Shown here: positions 22,861 to 36,935 of the stretch, piece after piece
Layout: each line of letters opens with the position of its first letter
Numbering within the stretch: position 1 is the stretch's first letter
Assembly: GCA_964016885.1 (NCBI GenBank)
Contig: OZ024741.1
Span: forward strand, 167,462,001 to 167,526,000
Direction of reading: 5' to 3'
Length of the DNA: 64,000 bases
DNA from: Eledone cirrhosa
Taxonomy: Eukaryota
Made by a program: the position numbers and the translations under genes
Notes under the pieces: generated by a model
Told to the model about the DNA's origin: nothing
Databases searched by the model: none
What the model saw: the letters and a program-made list of their open reading frames with translations, nothing else

Positions 22861-25800
22861 CCACATATATATACACACACCTGCCAAACAAAGGTTTGGG
22901 AGAGCCCTTCAGTTGTGTCAAAGACATAACAATCTCCCAAGTGCTAATGTCACTAAAAATGGACTTAGTAGAACACTGGATAATATGTAAGCGAGATACA
23001 GGTCCTCAGTCTATCTATGAATCAGCTGCATTCAGATCTGGATAGGGATGGTGGGCTCAGCCACATTTTAGAAATGCCCAAGTCATTATTGGCAGTATCG
23101 GTAATGTCGGATGCCATGCTTTGCAACATAGAGTTACGGCCCTTTACTGTCTGAGTTCAAATCACGCCAAGGTTAACTATGCCTTTCATCCTTACGGGGT
23201 CGATAAAATAAAGTACCAGTAAGGCACTGGGATAATTGCTGGCCTTGTGCCAAAAGTAGATACAATATTTTGACCCTATGACTCAAACAGGAGTTAAGTG
23301 CTCTTTCCTTTATTAATATTCTAAGTAAGATTGGGTGTTCTTTTATTTTAAGTTTCTTTTAAGAATCACAGACATTTGGCAATCTCCAGCAATCACTATA
23401 CATAATCAGGCAATAAAATGTAATCACAAGTATAGAAAGGAGATGACAAATGTGTGTGTAAAAGAAGGAGAGGTGGGCAAAGCGAACGAGAGTGAAGAAG
23501 AGGAAGAGAGAGAGGGGGAAGAGAGACAGAAAGGGGGAAGAGAGACAAGAATTATTCTTATGAAAAATATTGCTTATCCTCAACTGATGAGTGAAATATT
23601 TCGTTTTAGTAGTTTCTTTCATTTGACCCTTTAGCATATACATTACTTTATATTTACTATTGTGTTTGTAGTAAAGGATCTATCTTACATAATTATCTCA
23701 CATAATATCAAATCTTCGAGATTTTGATGTTATTTATTTTGACAATAATACCTTAACATCAGTATGAGTGGCTGGTTACGGCTGGCTTAAACAGAAAGAG
23801 GTGAGAGAATTCTGGCCAGATATGGCCAGTTAAAATACTAAAGGGTTAAATCTATTTGATTTATTTTGGTGTGTTGTATATATGTAATTACCTAATAAAA
23901 TATTTTAAATGTCATATTGATCTTTAATACTTGATGATTGTTTCTAATTATACCGTGGAATTTCCATGGAGTCAGCTTGTTTGTTTTAAAGTGTTCATGT
24001 CATCATCATCACCGGTTAATGTCCATTTTTCCACATAAGCATAGATTAGACAAGTTGTCCCATTGTAAGACAAGCCAGATCAGATGACCATGTCTTACTC
24101 ATACAGAATTATTTCTTGTTTGGTTTCTGGGCACTTTTTGTCATGTCACCAACACAACCAATTTAAGTGTAGACTGAGTGCTTTTTTTGTGGAATAATTT
24201 TAACTTTTCACCATAATTTTATGTTAGAAAATTTTGTTATGTGGTGTCAAACAAAAGCTATAGAATAAAAAAAATTAGTTATTTTAATAAATTCCTCAAT
24301 ATTCTTGATTATTTTCAAAGTTAGCTGAAAATCTCAGGCAATATACCTCATTAGAAATATGGTAATGAAAGGATTAAAAGAGACTTAAAGCAAAAGAATG
24401 CTGAAAGATTGCATTTTTTGCCAATTTTTTCTTTTCATTCTACGTTTTGATGTTCCCTTCTTCTTGCAGGTTTCTTTATGAAAACATGGTTTATTGAAGT
24501 GACAAGATGTTTTGTTCCCCACTACACCTATATCACCATTCTCGATGACATTTCACTGGAACACTGTTCTTACAAGTGTCTTCTCATGTACGGATGCAAG
24601 TCATTTGAGTATGCGAAAGAGAGACGCCAATGTTTCCTCTCTCCCTTTAATGCCCAGACATACAAGGCCAGATACAGCTTTGATCGAGACTACTACCAGA
24701 TGATAAAGCGTATGTATATTAGGATTAACTCTTTTATAACGATTTTTCTAAACTTAAGAATTTCTCACTAGTTTAACCCTTTAGCATTTACATTACTCTA
24801 TATTTACTATTGTATTTTCATGGTAAATTTACCTCACATAATCATTTCACATAATATTGAATCTGTGAGATTTTGATATTATTTATTTTGAGAAAAAAAC
24901 CTTAACATAAGTATGAGTGGCCAGTTATGGCTGGTTTGAACAGAAAGAAGTGAGAGAATTCTGGTCGGATATGGTCAGTTTAAATGCTAAAGGATTAAGC
25001 ATGGCAGTTATTGTAATTAGTTTCATATATGCTGCATCTGTGTATTAATTTTTAGTTTACTTTCTGATATTAGTAAAGTCTGCATAATCGTTCACTTTGT
25101 TTTGTTTAGAATTTTATATCAAAAATCCATGATTTCTCACCACTCCATCATCATTTACTACCACTACTAAGCATCTGATAAATACGCCATTAATATGACC
25201 ATTCTGATTCTAAAGATGGAACCACGAAGGCCTCAAAACATTAATATACTTATGGATTTAGGAACTTTACTGTTCCAAACTAAACATCAAGAACTAATAA
25301 GGAAATATGAAAGTATTTTAATGAAATTATCTAACTGAAGCACAGTCATATTTTCAATATAACATGTTTGAAAGGAAAGCTGCTCTCTACTTATACAACT
25401 ATATATATGTGTGTGTGTGTGTGCATGTTGTGAGTGTGTGTGTGTGTAAAACATAGGATTGTCATGGATGAAATGTCTTTGATCATTGGAATGTCAGTCA
25501 TTTCAGGGTTGACCTAAATCTAAACAACAACCTTTGAGTAACTATCCTCTCAGAGTTGCTTCTTTTGATTGGATTTTGTTATTCTTTTTTAACTGTCATC
25601 ATCATTCTCAGCAGTGCTAGCTTCGTCTTCTTTATAATCATTATCAACATGATTTGAAATTTTCATTTTATTAGAAGAGTCATTTCAGCCATTTAAAAAC
25701 ACAAAAACTGTTAAATTCACTTTGCATTTATCATTTATTGCTTGGAGTCAACATTTTCGTCACACTATTTGCGATCTCGTCACTGATAGTTTCCACAGAG

Positions 25801-28800
25801 CAATGAAAATGTTGATACCAAAATATAAATGATAAATATAGAGGCATGTTAGCCATTTGGTCATTTTGGGCAATGTCCAATGGTCTGCTGGACTGTATTA
25901 AAGTAAAAATAGCTAATAAAGTGTCATGAAAAACTTCATAAAGTTAGAAACAAAAATTGAAAATACCTTAGCTAAGCAATGAAAACACACCCCTAGCCCT
26001 CACAATCTATTAGTCAGTGTCAACTTGATTGAACAGTGAAAACACACCTCTGGCTGTCATCAGTCAGCAGTCTTTTATTTGTTTTTACAGAGATGAGAAG
26101 TGAAAACACACTTCTGGCTCTCAGCAGTCAGCTGTCTGTTAGTCAGTATCACTTAGTTTGAAGATCCTGTTTGCTTCTGATTAAATGTAAAGTGAAGTTA
26201 ATGATTTTTGTGTGCTTTTCAATGGCTAAAATGACTCTTCCATGCTGTTCTTTTTTTAGTTTCAACACAGTCACAGATCAAGTTATTTGCCAGACAAATA
26301 CAACTGTAGCTAAAATGGCTCTTCCACATTGTAAATGCCTTAATTTCAACACATGGTCTCAGATTTAGTTACCTGCCAAACAGTTTCAATGCACAGTGTC
26401 AAATCAAGTGTTTGCCAGAAAAGTACAATTCTGCCATTTTATTCTTGTGTTTTTATTTATTATTCCAGCTAATGATGAATTTGTTAAGATACTCGGAGTA
26501 TCAATTAGAGGCCATGACCTCATGAGAATACGTAACATTGATGTGGAAGACTGTCTTCATAAATGCAAGAATTTGCCAGAATGTTCCATGGTAGAATACA
26601 AAAAAGAACAGGCCAAATGTGATTTATCCAATGTCACTTACTCTACATACCCACTCAGTGTGAATGCCTTTGGATGGGACTTCTACCAGAAAAACCCGGG
26701 TATGTTGTTAAAAGTATACTTAATTTTATTATTCCAAAGCAAGGTATTAACCTGCCTGAAACCACTCTGAGTTTGATACAGAACTGCCCATTTTAGAGTG
26801 TTCATACTTGTTTAAAACTTTCCATCGTAATTGTATTAAGAATGTTTTGTTCAGCAATGTTCAAAACCATAGCTTAATAATAATTGTTTCTACTTTTGGC
26901 ACAAGGCCAGCAACTATCCCAGTGCATTACTGGTACTTTATTTTATTGACCCTGTAAGGATGTAAGGCAAAGTTAACCTCGACAGGATTTGAACTCAGAC
27001 CATAAAGAGTTGTAACTCTTTACTGCAATGCATGGCATCAGACCCTCTACCGATACTGCCAACCCCCCGCCCTAAACCATAGCTTAATAATAATTGTTTC
27101 TACCTTTGGCACAAGGCCAGCAATTAATCCAGTGTATTACTGGTACTTTATTTTATTGACCCTGTAAGGATGAAAGGCAAAGTTAACCTCGACAGGATTT
27201 GAACTCAGACCGTAAAGGGACGTAACTATGCTGGAAAGCATGGTGTCCGACCCTCTACCGATACTGCCAACCCATTAATAATAATGATTTCTGATTTAGG
27301 CACAAGGCCAACAATTTTGGGAAAGAGCAAAGTCGATCGAATAGATTGCAGTGCATTACTGGTGCTTTGTTTTATCAATCCCATAATAATTTTGGGGGAG
27401 GGGAAGATAATGATTTCTACTATAGGCAAAAGGGGAGGAGAAAGTTGATTAAATCAACTCCAGTAGTGGTTTATTTTATCAACCCCGTCAAGATGAAAGG
27501 CAAAGTTAACCGTGGTGGGATTTGACCCAGAACGTAAAGGGCCATAACTCTATGCTATAAAGTATGGTGTCTGTTGCTTTACCGATACTTCCAATTCACT
27601 GCCAATTACTAGCTTACTATTAATAAAGTTAGTTATTTTATTAAATCCCTTCAAATTTTTGATTATTTTCAAAATTAATAGAAACACATAAGTAGTGTCT
27701 TTCATTAGAAATATGGTAACAAAAGGGTTAAAATGTATGTTGTCGTATTCAAATGGATTTTCTTATGAACTTTTTCCAGTTTATTGCAACTTGAAATGTG
27801 GACCTAGGGAATGGTGCCAGGTTAAGAACTCCCAGCAAAAGTGTGTTTGTTATCCAGGGTGTGTGAAACTACCCTCAGGAAATGGATGTTATGGTAAGAT
27901 ATGAGCTTGTTCATGATGTTGCTGCTGTCAGCTTTTTATTTCTATTTTCGTTTTTTATATTGCAACACTTGATCACATACACAAAGCACACACATATATG
28001 ACTGCACATACACACACACACACACACACAGGCACACAACATACAAACATCCCGTAAACACACACAAATACATGTAAACACAAACACAGGCACCCACACA
28101 TACAGTGGATACATATACACAAACACACATATACAAACATACACACACACACAAATACACATACAGATACTCGTGCATATATATAAAATTCGTTTGTGGC
28201 TTGATGGTTAGGAAGTTTACTTCACAATCCTGAGCTTCAGGGTTGAGTTCTGTCCCACTGCATGTCATCTTGGGCAGGTGCCTTTTACCATAGCATTGGG
28301 TAGACCCAAGTATTTTCAGTGAAATTGGATAGACAGACATTGTATGTAAGCTGCTCTATATCTGTAAAATAAATTAGGAACCTTGTTACATCATTTCACA
28401 CATATTCCACATGAGAATTACATTAACCCTTTAGCATTTAAACTGGCCATATCCGGCCAGAATTCTCTCACCTCTCTCTGTTCAAACTGGCCATAACTGG
28501 CCGAAGTTATTGTTCTCAAAATAAATAACATCAAAATCTCATAGATTCGATAATTACGTGAGTGAAGCCTTTACCACAAAAATACAATAGTATATATATA
28601 GAATAATGTAAATGCTAAAGGGTTAAAGGTTCATTTATCTGTGGAATATTCAATCACTTTACACAATTGTAGAGTGTTCAGTTAGTCAAATAACTGGAAG
28701 CTCATATGTCCTCTACAATGAAGTCATCATCATCATTATAATCATTTTATGTTATATAAAATGAGCTTCTGCAGTTTACATCTCCCAAATGTTATTCACA

Positions 28801-31800
28801 TGACATTTGTCAACCCATGGCTAATGTAGAAAACCCATGCTTAAAGTGCTGCACCACGAGACTGAACCAGGACTATGTGATTGTAATGTGTAATCTTTAA
28901 CCACACAGAAGTACCTGCACCTAAAATATGTATTCTAAAGAGCAAAATTGGGATTGCCTGATATCTGTTTGTGACCTGAGAGTGAAAGTATGACTGAAAA
29001 GATTTTTAAAATATAACCTTAACTATGAATATATAAATAAATTGTGAAGTCTGACTTGCTTGTTTGAAATGTCAACTGATGATACAGAGGTCACCTAGTT
29101 TAATAAAACAGAAAAGAGGGGAAAAAATGGAGAAAATGTACTTTACTATATATGCCTCCTTATCATCTGTCCAATGTGACAGGAGTAATTTTTTCATGTT
29201 TTTTTCTCACTGTCATACCTGAAATTTAAACTCTACTGGCCTTGGCCTCCTTATGACAGATGAGCTTTTAACTGCCTTGAACTTTATATTATTCATGTTG
29301 TACTGATATTTATAATGTAATAGATGAGTGGAATATAGCTCAGGGAGAGGAAGACAAACAATGATTTGCAGAAGAACATAGGAATAGAGCCAGTGATAAA
29401 TGTTGTAAAAAGAAATGGAATGAAATTGTTGGGTCATGTGTTGCAAAAGATGAAAAAGTAACTCAGTGTTGGGGATAGAACCAGTGATGAATGTTGTGGA
29501 GAAAAATGAAATGATATGGTTGGGTCAGGTGTTGAGAAACGATGACAATAACTGGGTGAGAGGGCTGATTGACATAGAGCCAGTGATAAATATTGCATAT
29601 TTATATACAAACACACGGTGTATCATTATGGCACTGCATTTCCTATATCAATTATGTTGTAACATTAATAAGTTCACTTTCCAATCACAAGCTCCTGGGT
29701 TCTAACCCTATATTTTTGCCTGTAAATACATTTAATCCTGTGTGTCATTTGTATGTACATGGCGAACATTTATATAATTATATCCTAGAAACAAATTATT
29801 AAAACATAATTTTCAACTTTAATCACTTCCACATATCAGTAATTAACATAAGCTATAGGGTTTCAATTATGCAAACCTTGATTTAATCAAAATGCAAATT
29901 TCCCAGTTTGTATGTTTGTTCATATATCCAGTAGTCTTGGTATATATGGTACACCAATCATAGATGCCAAAAATTAAATAGATTCAATGCTATTGTCATC
30001 ATTATTGACAGTACTGGTTCACTACTACTAATATAACAATCAACATTTTTTTGTTACAGAGAAACCAATATATAAAGGCAAAACATGTAAATGTTCAGCA
30101 TCTGGGGATCCTCATTACCGGACTTTTGATGGCCAGTTGATCCACTTCATGGGAACTTGTAAATACACTTTGGCACAATCTCTGCATTCTGAAGGTGTTG
30201 AATTCTTCAAAGTTGAAGTGAAGAATGAAAACAGGGGTAACTCAAAAGTCTCCTATACCCGAATGGTTGACATTATTCTGGAGGGCGCTGTCATCCGTAT
30301 TTTGCCAGGACGTAAAATAAGAGTGAGTTGATTTAAACATTCTTTCAGTCATGTTTGACTTTATTGTTAAGTGTTATTTGTTTCTAAGTCATGTGACTTA
30401 GGGGTTATGGTATTTGGCTCATGATCATAACATCATAACTTTGATTCCCAATGGTGCATTGTGTCCTTCAGCAAGACACTTTATTTTATATTGCTCTAGT
30501 ATACTCAGCTTAGAACTATGTTAACAACAGTACACATGTCTGGAGATTACTTGGTATTGTGCACATTAATTACATGAGCAGGCTGTTCCATTTTTTTAAC
30601 AACTCGAGCACTTATCAGAACTGATGGAGGTCCAATGATATGTTTTTGTTTGTAAATGGCTGCTGGGTTTGTGAAACCAGCAGAGCTCTAGATCATCATC
30701 ATCATCACTTTTATGTCCATTTTTTCCATGCTTGCATGAGTTAGATGGGTCCTTCTCAGCACAGCATCTCTCCACACACTGCATTACTTCATCATCTCCT
30801 CTGTCAGTTTCAATGATTTGAGGTCAGCTCTCACTACCTCTGCCCAAATAATAAATAAATAAATAAAATCAATACTTTACTATATTTAGTTACAACCCCA
30901 AAATATTCTGAGTTCTGATTTTGCTCTTCATATATTAGTGATGGTGAATAGTTTAGTGGGTAGGATGTTGGGCCCATGATTTAACCCTTTAGCATTTAAA
31001 CCGGCCATATCCAGCCAGAATTCTCTCACCTCTTTCTGTTCAAACCAGCCGTAACTGGCCACTCATACTGATGTTAAGGTATTGTTCTCAAAATAAATAA
31101 TATCAAAATCTCATAGATTTGATATTATGTGAGATATTATGTGACATAAAACCTTTACCACAAAAATACAATAGTATATATAGAGTAATGTAAATGTTAA
31201 AGTGTTAAGCATGTGAGTTCAATTCTTAGATTAGGCAATGTGTTGAGTCCTTGAGCAAGAGACTTTATTTCATGTTGCTCCAATTCACTCAGTTGGAAAA
31301 AAGGAGTTGTGATATCACTGTTCCAAGCTGTATCAGCCTTTGCCTTTCCCTTGCACAACATCCATGGCATGGACAGAGGAACTTTCCAGGTGCAAACTCA
31401 TGGTCAGTCATAACTGAAGAGAATCATTCAATGGTCTATAAAATAAACACCAGTCATATACTGGGACTGTTTCAGTTGGTTACAGTCTCTTTGTGGCCAT
31501 CTAGTTAAAAAGTTAAAAACACCTGAGAAACCTCCTGTGAGATGAAGCCTTGTAGGAAGTCAGGTAAACTAACATAAGTGTGGGCTGTAACAACATGATA
31601 TATAGAGAGAAAGAGATGTTAGGTAGAGAGGGCTCTATAGTTGAGTCAATAACCGACAACCTCTCATGTGCTGGTGCCATGATAAATGCACCTTTTACAC
31701 TGTAATGTGGTTGGCAATAGAAAGGGCATTCTGTTGTAGATACCATGCCAAAACAGGTCTATAGCACAACTTCTCTAGTATTGGTAATCTACATGAGAAT

Positions 31801-34800
31801 CACCTTCAGTACACTCTGTAATATGGATGATGATAGGAAAGGCATCCAACTATAAAAAACCTGCGCAATAAAGGGTTGTGAGAACTCTTCAGCTTTGTCA
31901 ACGACATGACAACCTCTTTTGTGCTAGTGCCATGATAAAATGCACACAGTAGTATACAGGAATGTATGTAAATGAGATGCCACCCATGATCCATCTGAGC
32001 ACTGAGTAGAGAATGGGAATATATGTGAGATTCAGGCCTCGTGGTCCATCTGAGAAGTCAGTAGCTCTGCTTAGTCTTTGAAGATCTGTCCAACTCTTGC
32101 TAGCAGGGAAACCAGATTTTAAATGATTATGATGCGGATATACTTGATAGGACTGAAACCCTTATTATTAAAACACCTGAAAAATCTCCTATGGAATGTA
32201 ACTTTGTAGGAGTCTACATACGTGTGAGCTGTATCTCTTCTTTTTTCATTTCTATATAAATAAATTATTACTTGAACTATTGATCTCTTTTGTTTACTGA
32301 TTATAAATGGTTTTCAATTTCTTCAGGTCAATAAACTCGAGCTAGAGGCACCAGTCATAAACAAGGCTTACACCATCAAACTTTCCAATGGCTGGATACA
32401 TGTAGAGACCAGCTTCAATCTGCATGTCTCGTTCGATGGAAAGCACAGAGTAAGAGTTAGTGTACCCCGAAATACATTTGGAGGACGGCTAACAGGAATA
32501 TGTGGTGACTGCAATGGACATAGAGATGATATGAGAACCAGCAATGGCACTATTGTGGTAAAGGAGAAGAACAAGTTTTCCCTCATTGGAGAGAGCTATC
32601 GTGTGAAAGATGACTCAGATAGACCTCAGGCCAGGTAAATTGTAGGCTGTTAGTTAAGAGGTCAGCTAAAAGTTTCTATGCACACACATACACACAAACA
32701 TTCATATATACACACATATACAAGCATATACACTTACATACATATACATACACATACATATACATGCACATACACACATACATACATATATATACATATA
32801 TACACACACATAAATACATATATCTATATATACATACATATGTTGATACCACAATAAAATGCATCCAGTACATTTTATAAGTATTATTAGTGCTAGTTCC
32901 ATAATAAAAGGAACCCCAGTATAATCTGTAAAGAATCAGAGGCAGTTTCAGAGATTTCAGTAGCAAAAGTGTTAAACTAGTGTTTGGATCATAACATAAT
33001 AAAGGTTTTTACATAAAAGTATGGTGGAAAGTTTATAGATAATTATAAATACTTTAAAATATACAACTTTATACCATAGATCCAAGGATAGTTTCAGGCA
33101 GTTTGGTATCAATAGTATAAAGTTGATGTTTGGAACATGACTTTAAAAAGTTTTTTACATAAAAATTTGATGGCAGTTTTTAAATATGAACAACCTTGTA
33201 TCATAGAACCTTGAGCAGATTCAGACAATTTAGTATCAAAAGTGATAACATTACATATCTAATAGAGCATGCTTGATTCAATAACTATTGATATATACCT
33301 ATTGACATTATTCAGATGTGAAGAAATCGAACCTCATGATCTATGTAAAGAAAATGGACTATCAAACTGTGAGATTATCCGAAATCCAAAAGGAATGTTT
33401 GGCAAATGTATTGAAAAGCTAGGAGCAATGGATGTCGATGAATTCTTTGAATCTTGTGTGTTTGATTATTGTTACTATGCCAACTCCACAGAAATAAAGG
33501 GAATCGTATGTGCAGCTTTGGAAAGTTTTGCTGCTGAATGTGAAACTGTTGGTATTGTTTATAACTGGAGATTTATGACCAATTGTCGTAAGTTGCAACT
33601 AGAAATTCCATATTATTTTATCTTATTCATTTATTTTATCAACATAATATCATATTGACATATATGTTTATATGTATGTATGTGTACTAACAGTTTGACT
33701 TATTTAACCAAACAGTTTCATAGACATGTTGAACTCCTCAGATGTTTTTGAATAATTATCTGAAGTAGTTAGACATGTTTAAGTCGACAAAATTGCTTCA
33801 TAGTATATAAAATCTCAAACTGTTAATATATTCTCAACTTCAACATTATATGTTGAATGCACTTCCTTTTCATTTGTACCCCCATATATCATCATCATCA
33901 TCATAATTACCGTTTTACGTTCATTCTTCCACGCTAGCATGGGTTAGACAGGTTGTCAGCATGGGTTACACAGATGTGATTTATACATTTGCATATATAC
34001 ACATATATATAAATATAAAAAATATATATTTCTTGTAGCCATGAAATGTGGTCCCAACATGGATTACGAGCCTAAGACTAGTGGCTGTCAACCAACCTGT
34101 GTGAACAGAAACTCAGTTGACAACTGCTCAAGAAAGGATATCGAAGGATGCGTATGTCAGAGAGGTTTTGTACTCAGTGGAGAAGATTGCATTACACCTC
34201 GAGATTGTGGTTGTGTTCATGATGGACGTTACATTAAGGCAGGCATACCTCCTCCATTTCTCTATATCTCTCACTCACATGCTCTATCTTTGTCTTTCTT
34301 TTCCACATTGCTTTCTCTTTGTCTGTGCACTCCCTCTGTCTCTCTGTCTCTCACTCACTCTACCTATGTATCTTTCTCTTTCACTCTCGTTTGTCTTTTC
34401 CACTTTGCTCTCCTGTCCTCCTTTTACACACTCACTCTATCTATCTATCTCCTCACTCTCTCTGTTTATCTATCTGTTTATCTTTACATGAATAAATAAA
34501 TTGGTGCTCCCCTTTCATTTACTTGATGTGTTTTCTTCGTCCTCATATTGTCCCTAACATTGTCAGCCCATGTAGCCAGTATAACATTCATTATTGTTGT
34601 TGTAATCATCATTATTTCATCTCTCTTTCATTCAGTTGGGCAGTAGTCTGACTTTAGCTGGTTGCACCCAGATAGCCGTGTGTGAAAAAGATGGAACAGC
34701 TAGAGGTCAACTGAAGATTGTTGATATTGAAAGCTGTGTGGTTAATTCACAGTGCATCACTCGGGATGGAGTCTGGCAGTGTGTTTGCAATAAAGGGTTT

Positions 34801-36900
34801 GCATTCAATGACAACAAGACCGAATGTGAGAAGGTTCCTGGTAAGGAAAAAATGCTATTTGTATTTCATGGTGTCACCAGAGATGTAGTCACATCATTCA
34901 CATACATAATTTACTTATCACTTTTTTAATCTCAATATTCTTAACACTTAATGTCCTGCACCACATGAAATCATATTAGCAAAACATTCTTGAAAAGTAC
35001 AAAACAGCACAATGACTGCTTCACATTAAATAATATAGTCTTTACTCTAATACTGCACATTATCACTATGATCTGTCCACTAGTAAATATACTATAAACA
35101 TTTGAATTAACAAACCACATGAAACCACATTAGTAAGACATTCTTGAAAAGTACAAAACAGCACTAAGACTGCATCACATTTACAGCAGTTGTTGCTGGC
35201 CATTGGCTGCGGGAATCCTTTTGCAGTCTTGTCTGTGGTGTGCAGTCCTCCGCCGCTGCACCCTAGGCCCAGAGCCCAATCATACTCCCTCTCCCTCCCA
35301 TTCTTCTGTGACATTAGGGTCCTTGCCATTACCTCCCCTTCCCGTTTTCTTTATTTATGTAAATACCATATCTTTAGTTGCTATATTATAAACTATTCAT
35401 TTTAATAGTGAAGTCTTTACATTTTGACTTTTAAATTAAAGTCTTTATTTTTTAACATTGGAATTAACAAATCTGCTTTTAGATATGTTCTGCTGAATGA
35501 TTACAGGTTGGAGTTAATAGAATTATAACTGAGTGTGTATGTGTATATATGTCTGTATCTGTTTTACTGGATTGTTTGAAGATGATCAATGTGTGTGTCT
35601 ATGTGTATGTGTGTGTGTGTGTAGACAGTATTAAATCACTGCATTTTCTTTATGTATTCTTGGTTAAGAAAATGGTCTAAAAATATGTTGACCAACTTAA
35701 TGTTTAGATTTTTGTATTCCTTGCCAGATATAGAGGCTTTATCACAAGTTTGTGTAGCCCCAGAAGATCTATGATGAAAGGTAGTCTAGTTATGATGGCC
35801 ATAGAACCAGAGTTGGTTTCAGCTAGGTTGGTGTTTAAAAGGTTTAACCATGATTTCCTCTTTATATATTATGTATTTTTTACCTTCAGTATGTGGAGTT
35901 GAACCTATTGACATCCAGTTTGTGGTTGATGTATCTCAAAGTATCAGAGAGGAAGGACTGTATGAAACTAAACAATTCCTCACAGAATTTGTCAATGCTT
36001 CAGTCATTTCTCCAACTCATGCCCAGGTAGGAATTCTACAATTCAACCACAAAGTCACCAACAAGTTTTTCCTAGAAGACTCCAAGACTAAAGAAAACAT
36101 CATGGATGCAATCCAAACAGTAAGTATTTCTTGTGGCTACCAGTGATTTCTCTCTCATCCTTGAATTTTACCATTCCCCCAGCTGAATAAGGTGCTAACT
36201 CTTCAGTCATGTCAAGCACACAACCTCTCTAGTGCTGGTGCAACAATAAAATGCACCCAGTACACTCTGTAAATGAGGTTGGTGTTAGAAAGGGCATCCA
36301 GCTGTAGAAACCGTGCCAAAATAAACAGCCAAGAGGACCCTTAGTTGTGTCAATGAAAACCTCCTTAGTGTGGGAGGCTACAATAAAATACAGCCAGCAC
36401 GCACTATAAAGTGGTTGATGTTAGCAAGGACATCCAGCTGTTAAAATCAGGCCAAAACCAGAACATATATGAGATGTCACTTCCACCATGTCTAGGAGGA
36501 TACTGGCTCCAATAAGATACTGACCTGGTTTGTGACAAGCATTCTAATACATGCTATTGTACTCATTGTGACTATTGCAACTCATTTGTGACAATAATTC
36601 TAATGGAATACACTATATTTCAATTAATTAATGAAGAATTTTAGTAAAATTATAATTATTTCATTACTTAGATACTAACATCTTATATAAAATTATATTG
36701 GAATATTTACATTTAAATAGGAACCCTTTAAAATAGGTGGTTTCCTTTCATAGATTCAGGATTAATGGAGAAATTTGAGGGATTTACTGAAATGCTTAAT
36801 TATTTCCTTTCTTGTATAAAATTATGTTGCAAGATTTTAATTTAAATATGAACCCTTTTAAAATGGTTGGTTATGGTTGGCTTGCTATCAAAAAGGTTAA

Positions 36901-36935
<35 letters not shown>

